Part shown: one piece after another, positions 22,707 through 35,498 of the stretch
Position numbering within the stretch: position 1 is the first letter of the stretch
Layout: each line of letters starts with the position of its first letter
NCBI GenBank assembly: GCA_036785375.1
Contig: JAWMAR010000286.1
Location: 2,418,001 to 2,482,000 of the forward strand
DNA: 64,000 nt
From: Leucoraja ocellata
Lineage: Eukaryota
Direction of reading: 5' to 3'
The notes under the pieces: model-generated
Told to the model about the DNA's origin: nothing
The model's input: the letters and a program-made list of their open reading frames with translations, nothing else
The model's database searches: none
Position numbers and translations under genes: made by a program

Positions 22707-24037
22707 GTACTAGTTTTCATGATATCATTGAGCAGGAGAAATACTGGCATCACTTTCGGCCATTCTGACCAAATAATGATGTTTGGGGAAATCTGTGGGC
22801 AGTAACAAACTAGCTGCTGCTGTCCATTGATATTCATCATCTTGCCCACTATGCTGCTTCTTAATGTCCTGCACTACGACATATGCCTTTTTATGATTTT
22901 GTTTGGATAAGACATTCAGAAATATATCACTCCTCTAACATATCCCTTTTTGGCAGAAGTGGATGCGGAATGATTGTTAGTGCCAAGTTTCTGAAACCGT
23001 AATTATATGATTATGTTAAATATAATTGCCATTGCAACAATTTGAATTTATTCCTTTTATTGAGGTTCAAAACAATTTGCTTGTTTGTTATATAATTACC
23101 AGATTGTTATTATTCCATGACTCATATGTGGTTATAATTACATTATTAACATTCCTTATGTGTTTAATGTCATACCATGATGTTAATTTACTTTCTGGCC
23201 GCCAGCTTAGGTTTTATGTGAATCATGATTTATAAGGAATGATATGTTTGCTAACCAGAGCTAATAATTTTGCATTTGTGTATTGATCAATTTCTAGAGT
23301 AAATTAAGGTTACAAAAGAAAACAAATATTCTGTGGAAGCCCTGCTTCACATCCAGTAGGAACCTACTCCAGCGGTGTGGATCTCATCTGCAAAGTGGGC
23401 CTTTTGGCTGAGCAAGCATCTCTCTAAAGTAGCTCTTGGAGGAGGAGTGGAGGAGCAACTTTTGGAGGAGTAGCTGGAAGATGCTGAGATCCGCGAATCA
23501 ACATGTCCTGCTCCTTAATCTGCATACTGGCTGAACCAGCTGCTTCATCTTTTACTCAGCATAGCATCATATCCCTACAGAAGTATTTAAACAACATTTA
23601 AACAACAGTTAAAATACATTTGGATATAGAGTGCATGGATAGTAAAGCTTAAAGGGATACAGGCCAAATGTGGGCAGGTGGGAATAGTACAGATGGAGCA
23701 TCTTGGTTAGCATGGGCAAATTGGGTTAAAGGGACTGTTTTAGTGCTGTAAGTGCTATGATTCTGTGCGAGGATCTTGAGGTTTAAGCAGATTCAGCAGC
23801 ATTGGCAGACAAAGGGACTCTTTGGAGGGCCAAGCAGAAGCAGCATTACTTGAGTGGGTTCTGAAAGGCCATTTGAATGACTTTTTTCTGTGATTGGGGC
23901 AATAGAGGTTGAGGGAGCAGAGAAGAGGGAAGTGGAGAAGCCTACGCCTTCCGTTTGGCACACTGACGCTGCCCAAAGATCTGGGATCAACAATAAAGGG
24001 TAATGCATCAGGTTTGAATATAAGCTGCTGAAACACC

Positions 24038-24439
24038 TCAAATGGTGGATTTAACAACCTTATAAGGAATGGCCACTGTCAGTGAATGAAAATTTAAATG
24101 AATGCAACTGATATTGAGGAATTGACTGCAATCAATGTTAGTGAGTTCAGTAGAGACAGGAGGATTAATGCCCTGGCTTTTCTCCCACAGCCCCCACCCA
24201 ACAGAGTTCACATACTTATTAGGCCAACAACCAAACACATAATCTTGTAGATGAGACCATTTTGGTGACAAAGATCTATGCAATGTAATTGTGATACATG
24301 GACAGGCCAGAAAGCGTTGCCTAGTAAACTTCTCTGAAAACATAGATTGTTCAGCAAACATGTCATCAGATGTACCATCTGTGGAAGCTTTCAGTTTTCC
24401 GAATCTTCTAAATGTTGCTGATTCAGAAATAATTAAAAG
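24038..24439 (-). pseudogene. TTC3-like winged-helix exon (FRRFGKL..MFAEQSMFSEKFTRQRFLACP)
   Basis: tttaagcAG acceptor; open frame (ORF 24038-24493); resembles remembered TTC3 MFSAEYEFFPEETRQ..FLLGCP. Confidence 0.55.
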
Positions 24440-24604
24440 CTGCTTAAACACAAAATATGGAAACATGTTGGTAGCTGTTAGACATTTACGCACTTATAAA
24501 CACTTTTAAATGATTTAAATGTTAACACACTGATAAATGCAGCATGCCCAATGCCAGCACACAGTGAGTGTCATTCCATCAGTTTCAGTCCGGTACCCAG
24601 TAAG

Positions 24605-25266
24605 TATGGAAGTTATATAGAAGAACACTTAATTAAAACATTTATCATAGCTAGCAGATGTCAGCTATTTTACGTAATCAGATATCAGCTTATTTTACTT
24701 AGCCTCAGGTGATTGTTAGCCATTTAGCAGCACTCATCTAGTAATCAAGGCACTAAACAAGTTACTTATTTCTACTTTTGCACCTTTGTATTCTTAATAA
24801 ATACATTTGTATCTTTGTGTGTAAACTTATAAACTAATATGTAACAGTATAATATGGTGTGTGGAACATTGGCTTTAGCTAAAACATAATGGTGGCAAAG
24901 TAGACATAGCTGAGAGATTAGAAGTAACAGTTTGAAATCTAAGGGTGGCGAATGATGGAGAGATATGAGGGGAAATGTAAAGTTTAATAAGACTGAACCA
25001 AGGTCAGAAGTTAATGGTGGCAAGACAGACAAAGATAGATTGATGCGAGAGGAGTACAGCATGCAAGATAATGTGGCAGAGATAGGGCTAAAAAACTGTA
25101 ATAAAAAGCTGCCTGTTTCTGTGAATCGGAGAGCAATTAGAGAACGGACAGGTGGTGTCATCTCTGAATGTTCCAGCCGATGTTTGCAAATAAAGGCTTT
25201 CGTCTTCTTGAAGAATCCTCCGTGTCTGTGTCATCTTATCCAACTTTGAGTCTCTAAACCACGACA
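24605..25266 (+). repeat. ERV 5' LTR (662 bp)
   Basis: Direct repeat of 29906-30581 with substitutions and indels; AATAAA; ends ccacgaCA. Confidence 0.92.
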
Positions 25267-26739
25267 AAGTTGACGCAGCGATAAGGTCAGGAAGAGACCG
25301 TTAATTAAAAGACAAACAGCCCAGTGCGCTTCCCAGCCCCTCTGTGGCTCCTAGGGACAACTGGAAAAGGATTGCCACCCATCAAAATTATGCAGTTTTC
25401 CACTTCATTTGGACTAATAACCTGTTGAACATGGGAAGCCATTGGGGACACAGAAGTGCCTATGTAGTTAGAAAGTCTCTCAGACCCAAGAACCTGTCAC
25501 TAAATTCTTCTAAAAGGTGGCCCGGAGGATTGTCCGAGAAGGCTGCGTTGTGTGGTGAGTAATAATATTTGTGATAAGAAAGTACAGCATTGCATTATAT
25601 ATTATTAAGAGATTATTTAGAACTCGTGGATACCACCCTGAGAGGCCAGGGGTTGCACGGATGAGGCAGGTATTAAAACCTTGTGGATACCACCCTGGGG
25701 GGTCAGGGGTTGCAAGGCGAGGCAGGTATTCTGTGGGCACCACCCTGAGAGGTCAGGGGTTTGTACGGGCAGAATAAAGTATTTTGTGGATACCGCCTTG
25801 GGTGACCGAGGGTCGTACAGGCAAAATACGGATTTAAAGTAAGTGGGCAACGGAAACAGTATACACAGTGATAAAATATTGTAGAATAGCAGAAAGTAGA
25901 ATAGCAATAAGGATAATGTAAGGTAATATAGTGACTACAAGGACGGAGAAGGTGTGAGGACTGAGTTTCTTAACTGTTTGTGGAGATAAACTTGCTGCAT
26001 TCACTGCTGCTTGGTCTCTCAGCATTCACTCTGCTACGAGATCAAGACAAAATGTGTTCCCTTTGTCTGGAGATTGATGGGAGTGGGGTGTGGCCAGATG
26101 TTGAATTACTAGGAGTTTGATTGGTTGTGATCTTAGTGGGGTGTGGTTAGAATTTGAGTGACAGTGAGTCTGACTAATCATGATCTGAATCAATGTCCAA
26201 TCACAGCGCTCAGAAACCTGACTGATAGGGGATTAGACCATCCTACTTTAACTTTAAAAAAGGGAGATAAGAATTATCACAATGTTAATTTTGAAACTTT
26301 GTGTAGAAAATTGCAAAATTTCTTTGAAGTAAGAATGGAACGAATGTGATTTGTGTGTACAAAATGGTTTTGAATGAATGCAGAAGTTCATATATGTGAT
26401 AAGTCCTTTGTTTGTTGTAAACCACATGTTGTAAGGGTAGGTGTGTGTGTCCCTTTAAAAAATTGTAAGTAGTGGGGCAGGTTATGAACAACTGTAAGGT
26501 AACAATTAATGCTTTGTGTCCTCTCAACTTAAAAGGGGAAAGTTGGAAAATGTAGGTTGCTTGGTTTTCCTGATGTTTCTTTTATATTTCTTTTCAGTAA
26601 GTTAATTTGGAAAATTGTTACTAGTACTAGGAATTGTAAATTGAAAATAGTGGTGAGAATGGATTGAAATAATTGGAAATGAGTTAATTGCTGAAACACA
26701 ACCCGCTTTTATGGTTTGTTTAGATAAACATTCTGATTG

Positions 26740-27258
26740 GAGAAAGGTAATGATTGTATGCTGAGATTTTCAGAAAAAGTTGTGAGGAAGTGGCCCAAGG
26801 AAGGCACTTTCAAGATAAATTTGTGACAAGATGGAAGTGTTAATTATGAATTATATGCCCACAGATAAGTTGGAAAGGTGGGAAAAGCGGAGAGGAAAGG
26901 AATTAGATGCACTTAGGCAGTTTAGAGAGAAAGGAGAGCGAGGCAGTGAGGAGGCAACAGAAGTAGGAACTGACAGGTGTGAAAGTAATAAATCAGGAGG
27001 AGTCAGTGGAAGATTTTAAAAGGAAGGTGAATGAATTTGCAAAGGAGGCTAGAATATCGGAGAAGTAAGAAATTGAGTTTAGAATAAGAAAGAAGGCATA
27101 CCAGAAAGGATTAAAGTGGGAAGCAGAGGGATAACTTGATGAGACTGCTTTAAAAAGAAAAGAGTAGGACAGACACAGATTATCCTTTGGGGCACCGATC
27201 AACTGAGAAGGCTAAAAAATACCCAACCCAATATTCCTGATGGGCCAGGAAATGGATT
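26740..27258 (+). pseudogene. gag: ERV gag N-terminal remnant
   Basis: VRKWPKEGTF motif (WPxxGTF, gamma/epsilon matrix-like), followed by stops. Confidence 0.5.
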
Positions 27259-28747
27259 ACATAGAAACATAGAAACAAAGAAAATAGGTGTTGGATTAGG
27301 CCATTCGGCCCTTTGAGCCTGCGCCGCCATTCAATATGGCCTACTCCTGCACCTATTTTCTATGTTTCTATGATCATGGCTCATCATCCAACTCAGTATC
27401 CTGTACCTGCCTTCTCTCCATACCCCCTGATCCCTTTAGCCATCAGGGCCACATCTAACTCCCTCTTAAATATAGCCAATGAACTGGCCTCAACTACCTT
27501 CTGTGGCAGAGAGTTCCAGAGACTCATCACTCTCTGCGTGACAAATGCAGTCCTAAAGGATTTCCCCTTTATCCTTAAACAGTGACCCCTTGTCCTGGAC
27601 TTCCCCAACATCGGGAACAATCTTCCTGCATCTAGCCTGTCCAATCCCCTAATAATTTTGTAAGTTTCTATAAGATCCCCCCTCAATCTTCTAAATTCTA
27701 GCAAGTACAAACCGAGTCTATCCAGTCTTTCTTCATATGAAAGTCCTGACATCCCAGGAATCAGTTGGGTGAACCTTCTCTGCACACCCTCTAAGGCGAG
27801 AATGTCTTTCCTCAGATCTGGAGACCAAAACTGTACACAATACTCCAGGTATGGTCTCACCAATACCCTGTACAATTGCAGTAGAACCTCCGTGCTCCTA
27901 TACTCAAATCCTTTTGCTATGAATGCTAACATACCATTCGCTTTTTTCACTGCCTGCTGCACCTGCATGCCTACTTTCAATGACTGGTGTACCATGACAC
28001 CCAGGTCTCGTTGCATCTCCCCTTTTCCTAATCGGCCACCATTTAGATAAAAGTCTGCCTTCCTGTTTTTGCCACCAAACTGCATAACCTCACATTTATC
28101 CACATTATACGGCATCTGCCATACATTTGCCCACTCACCCAAGTCACCTTGCAGCCTCCTAGCATCCTCCTCACAGCTAACACTGCCCCCCAGCTTTGTG
28201 TCATCCACAAACTTGGAGATGTTGCATTCAATTCCCTCGTCCAAATCATTAATATATCTTGTAAATAGCTGGGGTCCCAGCACTGAGCCTTGCGGTACAC
28301 CACTAGTCACTCCCTGCCATTCTGAAAAGGACCCGTTCACTCCTACTCTTTGCTTCCTGTTTGCTAGCCAGTTCTCTATCCACATCAATACTGAACCCCC
28401 AATACCGTGTGCTTTAAGTTTGTATACTAATCTCTTATGTGGGACCTTGTCGAAAGCCTTCTGAAAGTCCAGATATAACACATCCACTGGTTCTCCCCTA
28501 TCCACTCTGCTAGTTACATCCTCCAAAAATCCTATAAGATTCGTCAGACATGATTTACCTTTCGTAAATCCATGCTGACTTTGTCCAATGATTTCACCAC
28601 TTTCCAAATGTGCTGCTACCCCATCTTTAATAACTGACTCTAGCAGTTTCCCCACTACCGATGTTAGACTAACTGGTCTGTAATTCCCCGTTTTCTCTCT
28701 CCCTCCCTTTTAAAAAAAATTGGGGTTACATTAGCTACCTTCCAGTC
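27259..28747 (-). mobile_element. CR1 LINE with a long open RT frame (ORF 27393-28655, 420 aa), inside the ERV
   Basis: QHGFTKGKSCLTNL, YLDFQKAFD, PQGSVLGP, FVDDTKL; (ctatgttt)n tail at 27259. Confidence 0.95.
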
Positions 28748-29060
28748 ACAGGGCATGGTGGAAAGAATAAATGGAACATTGAAGGCTAAGATAAATAAGA
28801 TTTGTGTAACTACAAAGTTGAATTGGATCGATGCCCTGCCATTGGCACTGAAGAGATGTGTAACCAACCTAACACCACATGAGATGCTTACTGGCCGACC
28901 CATGCCGGTGGCACAATGGAGTTTGGAACAGTTAGTGGTAGAATTTAAGCAGTATATGCAACAGTTATGATATACAAGTCTATTTATGCACAGGAAAAGC
29001 AATAGCAGTTGGAGGTAGACCAGGAGGAAGGACCCTTTAAACCTGGAGACAAGGTGTATG
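28742..29060 (+). pseudogene. pol: ERV integrase core C-terminal remnant
   Basis: [48 protein letters not shown]. Confidence 0.85.
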
Positions 29061-29285
29061 TATGAGCTTTCCGAACCACCCACCACTGTTCCTGTAGAAG
29101 GTTGATCTACCTGGTACCATGTCAATCCTTACATGAGGGCTGTCACGCAGGTACGACTCGATAATAGCCCTGAGGTAAGTGAACAGGAGGACAAAGAAGT
29201 GAGGGAAGAGCAGAGCTCTAACAAGATAATGTGAGGTTTTCGGAGACACTAGTGACTATGAAACTGGTGTAAATAAGGTCAGAGT

Positions 29286-29600
29286 GAGGGGGGTGCATGT
29301 GTCTTGTTTGGGGAACAATGCTGCGCCTTCATACCTAATAATACTAGCCCGGAGGGGTCTTTCACTAAAGCCATGGATAAGCTAAAAAACCTAAGGAGTG
29401 AGGTTAAACGAAACGCAGGGTTCAGACATCAATTGTTTGGGTGGCTGGAGAGCGTATTGGGGGGTTAGGGAGCATGGCTAATTAAAATTTGCTTGACCAT
29501 TGGGGTTGCACTACTTGCAGTGGCAATCATGTTGTGCTGTGTTTTCCCGTCTCTCCTGGTGAAAGCTACTGTGAAGCAACTGCCAATGATAACAGGTGAA
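29286..29600 (+). pseudogene. env: ERV env transmembrane-subunit remnant
   Basis: Manual translation EGGACVLFGEQCCAFIPNNTSPEGSFTKAMDKL..WLESVLGG*GAWLIKICLTIGVALLAVAIMLCC: CX6CC motif plus TM helix. Confidence 0.88.
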
Positions 29601-29905
29601 GCCGAATCTGGCCCTCAAGGAAAATGGACCTTGTGATAGAATACTACTACGATGGAGAAGAAGTGTTAGGAAAATGCAAAACAAAGTGTGTAAGGGGAGC
29701 TGGATCATTTTTTCCTGCCTCACGTAATAGGGGTGGGTTTTTGGCCCAGTCTCCCAGGGAGCCAAAGAAAGAACAGTGCACGGCATTACACTGTTAATTA
29801 AAATACCCTGCATTTTAGGACTCTATGAGCGATTTGACATGGGGTTGTGTGTGTGTGGTTTTCTTTGTCTGTTGAGACTCGGAAGAATCTCAAAGGAGGG
29901 AGTTA

Positions 29906-30581
29906 TATGGAAGTTATATAGAAGAACACTTAATTAAAACATTTATCATAGCCAGCAGATGTCAGCTATTTTATGTGATCAGACTTCGGCTTATTATACT
30001 TAGCCTCACGTGATTGTTAGCCATTTAGCGGCACTTAATTAAATCATTTATCTAGTAATCAAGGCACTAAACAAGTTACTTATTTCTACTTTTGCACATT
30101 TGTATTCTTAATAAATACATTTGTATCTTTGTGTGTTAACATAAATTAATATGTAACATATGGTGTATGTAATCTTGGCTTTTGTTAAAACATAATGGTG
30201 GCAAAATAGACATAGCTGAGAGATTAGAAGTAACAATTTGAAATCTAAGGGTGGCGAAAGATGGAGTGATATGAGGGGAAATGTAAAGTTTTAGAAAACT
30301 GAACCAAGGTCGGAAGTTAATTGTGGCGAGACAGAGAATATTAGAATCGAAGCTAGATTGATGCGAGAGTAGTACAGCATGCAAGATAATGTAGCAGAGA
30401 TAAGGCTGAAAAACTGTAATAAAAAACTGCTTCTGTGAATTGGAGAGCAATTAGAGAACGGACAAGTGGTGTCATCTCTGAATGTTCCAGCCGATGTTTG
30501 CAAAATAAAGGCTTTCGCCTTCTTGAAGAATTCTCTGTGTCTGTGTCATCTTGTCCAACTTTGAGTCTCTAAACCACGACA
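29906..30581 (+). repeat. ERV 3' LTR (676 bp)
   Basis: Direct repeat of 24605-25266, followed by TAAG. Confidence 0.92.
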
Positions 30582-30612
30582 TAAGCTGCTCTCTCTGCGG
30601 TAGGTCAGCTAC

Positions 30613-30765
30613 CTTTGAGAGCTGCTTCATCAGTCCCAGCTCAGTTCAGAAAGAACACCTTTGCAAATTCCCAGTCCACCAAACAGGGCCAATATGTAAA
30701 GGGTAGACTATATCTGACAAATTGATATTGCTACTCAAGTCAGTGGTTACCCAGTTGAATATGAC
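30613..30765 (-). pseudogene. TTC3-like exon GHIQLGNH*LE*QYQFVRYSLPFTYWP..
   Basis: tttgcAG|..|GTagct boundaries; three stops. Confidence 0.45.
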
Positions 30766-30989
30766 CTGCAAAGGACTATATATTTGGTTCAGGTAATTTC
30801 AGAAGACATCAAATAAAGTCCATAAAGAACACATAAATCTGAAGCACCTGAATTTGGCTAAAGGAATTGGCTAAAGAGGGTAGAGAGGTCTGCAAGGAAG
30901 GATAGCACTGATCGATGATGTGGGTGCTGCAGCGGCAGATGTTGTATGCTGCAAAGACTTGTGTGTTGGGACTGCGACTATTTTATTAC

Positions 30990-31370
30990 TAATAATTGAG
31001 AGAATAGGCTAGTAAATAGCGGAAAAGAGATGACTGATGTTCAGTTTTGGTTTGGGTTTGGCAAACACCACTCAGCTTCAGACCTTGATCCAACCATGGT
31101 GAGGCATTTGACCCAGTGTGATCAAGAGGTCCTGACAAAAATAAAGTCAATGAACATTAAGTGGGAAATATTCCAGTGTTTAGAGAGATACCTCACTGAA
31201 GGGATAATGGATTGAGGTGGTTCCAGGTCAGCCATCAGCTACAGGACATTACAGCTCAAATTTATCAAAACAGTGACCTAAGACACAACCATCTTCAACT
31301 GCAGCCTCAAAGACTTTCCTTCCATTAGGTCAGAATGTTTTGGTGATTGCACAATGTTCAATTCATTCTC
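30990..31370 (+). mobile_element. Ancient CR1-group LINE RT remnant; related remnants at 31960-32400 (minus) and 44850-45170 (plus)
   Basis: TDVQF.FG..HSASDL; ..FGDCTMF; DKAEVDAIVFSQKC; HKVWWCHVKHGEGIILLLTIYH. Confidence 0.55.
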
Positions 31371-32739
31371 AGCTCCCCTGCAAATAAAATGTTGACATCG
31401 CTGTCATCGTCCGTCCTGAAAAGGACGCAATCTTCCGGGGACAATCAGTGGGAGCCATCACTTGGTGCAATAGATGATAATGGTAGCAGAATTAGCTCGG
31501 GTACTTCCAGTTTCCAGCCACGCGACATGGACACTTCTGCTATAGGACCAGTGCTAGACCATTTCTAACAAGACAAAATCTAATCGCTTACACTTGGCAT
31601 TCAATTATATTATCTTCATTGAGTTCTGCAACATCAGCACTTTTGGGGCCCTTCTGGCATCTATAAGATGTTGGTAATAACTGTGATAGAATGTTCTCCA
31701 CCTCCACCAATCAGATTCAACAATATTCATAAAGTTTGGTTCCATTAAAGATAACTTAATTGTTACCTTAACAACCAATCTAAGTTGCTTGACCCGATGA
31801 GTTCCAATAGCAGTAGAAGCAAAGAACTGCAGATGCTGGTTTATACCAAAGATAGACACAAACTGCTGGAGTAACTCAGCAGGTCAGGCAGCATCTCTGG
31901 CGAAAAATGATGGGTGACGTTTTGGGTCGGGACCCTTCTTCAGACCTCCAGGGATTTGTTCTTTACGTATAAATATTCATTCCCTCTGCCCCCATTGCAC
32001 AGCCTCTGCAACGAGCAGCACCATGTATTTCAGTTACAGGATAGGTTGATGTGACTGCATTCTGTATTGCTTTTGTGTGAAAGAATGTACCTGTGTTATA
32101 TTCTAGAAACTCGGGAATTACCTGAACAGCTGTACCACAGGCATGACCAGTTATGGAGAGCAGATCTTCAGTCACACAATTAAAATGCTACCAGGGTCTT
32201 GCACCATTTCCAGTAGCCAGTCTCTCACCCAATTCTATTATTACATGAAATAAATCAAATTCGCTTTTGTGACAATGAAACTATCAGGAGGAGTGAAATT
32301 GGGTTATCTCATCAGCACTTCTGGCTGAAGACAATTGCATCAACTTCAGCTTTGTCACAAATACTGATGTGCTAATCTGACTATAATTGTTAATGGGAAA
32401 ATTCTTAAACCCTCGTCTTACTGCCAGCTGCTTTTTAATTGTGCATCAACGTTCATGGCTGGATAGAAACATAGAAACATAGAAATTAGGTGCAGGAGTA
32501 GGCCATTCGGCCCTTCGAGCCTGCACTGCCATTCAATATGATCATGGCTGATCATCCAACTCAGTATCCCGTACCTGCCTTCTCTCCATACCCCCTGATC
32601 CCTTTAGCCACAAGGGCCACATCTAACTCCCTCTTAAATATAGCCAATGAACTGTGGAATTGTTCAAAGTCTGATCATTATTATGGGGTGGAAAATCTAT
32701 GACAGTAAACAGGAGCCTAGCTACCTAATGCAAGTCCAA

Positions 32740-33578
32740 CATAATCTGAATATGGATTGGATCCAGTCATTCAACTTGATACTCAAGTTCACATCATTGG
32801 ACTGTTGTGCATGATGGCACAAATGACATAGGTAGGAATTGGGATGATGTCCCATAAATTAATCACAGGGAATTAGGCAAATATTGAAAAGCAGGACCTC
32901 CAGCATCGTGATCTTCAAATTACTTTCTGTGTCATGTGCCAGTGAGGGTAGTAATAGGAAGATTGGACAGATTAATGCACAGCTATGGACTTGACGCATG
33001 GGGCAGATATCAGATTTTTGGACCACAGGGATCTCTTCTGGGCCAAGGATGACCTGTAAAAGAAGAATGGATTGCACCTGAACTGGAGTGGAACCAATAT
33101 CCTGTCAGATAGGTTTATTAGTGCTACACGGGTAGGGTTAAACTAGATTGGCTGGGGGACGGGTGGATGGGTGCAATCACTGTGTGCATTGAGATGGGCA
33201 AGGTCCTCAATGAGTAGTTCTCCTCTGTGTAGAGTGGAGAAAGATGTGAAGACTGATGAACTTAGGATAGTTAATGAAAGTATTTTTAGGACAGTTAGTA
33301 TTACAGTTGAGGAGGTGTTGGGACATCTTAAGCCATATGAAGGTGGATACATTTCCTGGGCCTGATCAGATTTCCTGAGGACACTGTGGAAGCTAGGAAA
33401 TAAATTGATGACACTGTGATATACTAATCATCATTAAATATGGGTGAGGTAATGGAAGACTGGAGGGTGGCTAATGTTGTGTATCTATGTAAGGAAAATT
33501 GCAAGGAAAATCCTGGGAACTATAGACCAGCGAGCCCAACATCTGTAGTAGACAAATTACTGGAGAGTAATCTGAATG

Positions 33579-33629
<51 letters not shown>

Positions 33630-33720
33630 GCTGATTAGGGATAGTCAGCATTGTTATGTACGTGGAAGATCTCACAAATCTGATTGAGTTTTTTGAAGAA
33701 GCAACTAAGAAGATTGATGA
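32740..33720 (+). mobile_element. Old CR1 with ORF1 SGNH-esterase and ORF2 remnants; (TA)n at ~33582-33622
   Basis: VVHDGTNDIGR, FLDHRDLFWAKDDL; EDWRVANVV..PGNYRP. Confidence 0.75.
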
Positions 33721-33749
33721 CTCATAGAGTCATAAAGTCATACAACATG

Positions 33750-34250
33750 GACCGCCTGGGCCTACGCAATCTCCTGGTTGCTAAACACTCCTCACATCTC
33801 CACACTGACCTTTCTGACCTGGGCCTCCTCCACTGTCAGAGTGAGGCCAAATGCAAATTGGAGGAACAGTAACTCATATTTTGCCTGTACATCTTACACC
33901 CAGCAGTACGATTATTGAGTTCTCTAACTTCAAGTAACCCTTGCTTTTCCTCTCTCGCTATCCCTCCCTCACTCTAGTTCTGACTCGTTTCACTGTCCTG
34001 ATTAATTTTACTGTTTGTATGCCTCATTGTCATCTTCCCCTCACCAACAATGAACCATTGTACATTTCCTTGATCATCATTTGCTATGATCTGTTCTTTT
34101 CATACCTTACATGTCCTTTGTACCCTTCATATCTCGATTCCCTTTCCTCTAATTCTCAGTGTGAAGAAGGGTCTTGACTCGAAACATCACCTATTCCTTC
34201 TCTCCAGAGCTGCAACCTGTCCCACTGAGTTACTCCTGCATATGTTGTGC
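33750..34250 (+). mobile_element. Penelope-like 3' fragment
   Basis: LGLLHCQSEAKCKLEEQ; hammerhead-like motif at ~34160. Confidence 0.75.
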
Positions 34251-34379
34251 CTGTTACAAAGTATAAATAAGTTTCAAGGATTCGGATCAATGAATGGAGA
34301 AAGCAAATTTAGGAGAGTACAAACTACTATATTTATTAAAACAAAATACAGAAAAAGGATTAATAAAGCAACAGGTTTC

Positions 34380-35018
34380 ACGTCTCTCAGCGCACTCAAG
34401 ACTCCTGCCTGCGATGGCTAGCCTTAAGAACGAATCCTGACATCTGCACGCACCATGGTCCAGGTCTCTCTCTCTCTCCCCCAGAAGGTGAAGTCTTTCT
34501 CTAACAGTCGAAGCATGCACTCATACAATAAAATAATCTTGTGTTTCTACCCTCATCTACGAACAACAGATGACAATGTGCCAAACTATTCTCCTTTGTG
34601 CCACAATAGCTTGAGTCATTTGTTCTATGAGACACTGAGCTAGTCTTGGATGTCTCTGGGAATACAAAAGTTGATATTTGTGAACTTGCAGATGGCCTCA
34701 TGATTTACTGGTTGCACTATGTTTGCCTAAGCCTTAGTTCAAAACATCTATTTGTTTTCCATTAACCTTCACCTGTTCATTCCATCAGTGGTTATGGATT
34801 TATTTGATCTTATATGCATGTGCATGTTTGGGCATATTTGTAAACAGTTAGTATTGTTTTGCCAGTCACAAAAGGCTTTACTTTTCTGGATGTGGAAGTT
34901 CTTGATTTATTTTTGTCAAACCAACCCTGACAACATATACCAATGAAAACTGAGGATTCATTGCCTAGCTTGTGGATGGCAGCTTTCAGGATCTTCAAAA
35001 GGGAGAGTGCAAAGTTCC
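34380..35018 (-). pseudogene. TTC3-like exons with TPR-like remnants
   Basis: 34941-35018 ELCTLPFEDPESCHPQARQ*; HEAICKFT near 34700; TW.(fs)GACRCQDSFLRL near 34460. Confidence 0.4.
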
Positions 35019-35498
35019 CTAACCAAGAGTCGTACTTTTTCTGGTCGCCACTGGATTTTCAACATTTTGAAACATTTCGGTGACCTGGACAAATGACAAT
35101 AAAACACACTTGAAAATTGAATCTCTCGTGACAATTGAAGTTGGGAAGGTAAGAAGTGATACGTGTTTGAGCATCAAGAAGACAAAAGGTTACATAATTG
35201 AGAAGATTAGAATAAGTCAGTGAAGTTATGCTGCAGTGAACCTTCATCTGCGTTTGACTTTGAGTTTAATTCATTGTCAGGTGTATCAACGTACATCTTC
35301 CAAATTAAGTGGAAATGGACAGTTGTTGCAAAAACTTGATTAAGTATTAAAGTATCAACAAAAAATGAGGACACAGAAGACGTGGTTTATCTGGAACTGT
35401 TGAAAGCGGAATTTTATGAAAAAGAAGAAAACCGGTCCATTTGAAATGTAGTGGTGGAGAAAATCAATCAGAAAGGGTGGGTGGCAAGGAGAACCAAC

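Larger units (their letters stand above)
24605..30581 (+). mobile_element. Endogenous retrovirus (epsilon/gamma-like, class I), internally deleted provirus
   Basis: LTRs at 24605-25266 and 29906-30581; 4-bp TSD TAAG; PBS-like ttgacgcagcga at ~25270; PPT aaaggagggag at 29892-29902; gag, IN and env remnants. Confidence 0.92.

Noticed and set aside
31960-32400. Exon-like minus-strand frames (TEDLLSITGHACGTAVQ..)
   Set aside because: Better explained as an ancient CR1-group LINE remnant (DKAEVDAIVFSQKC, EYNTG).
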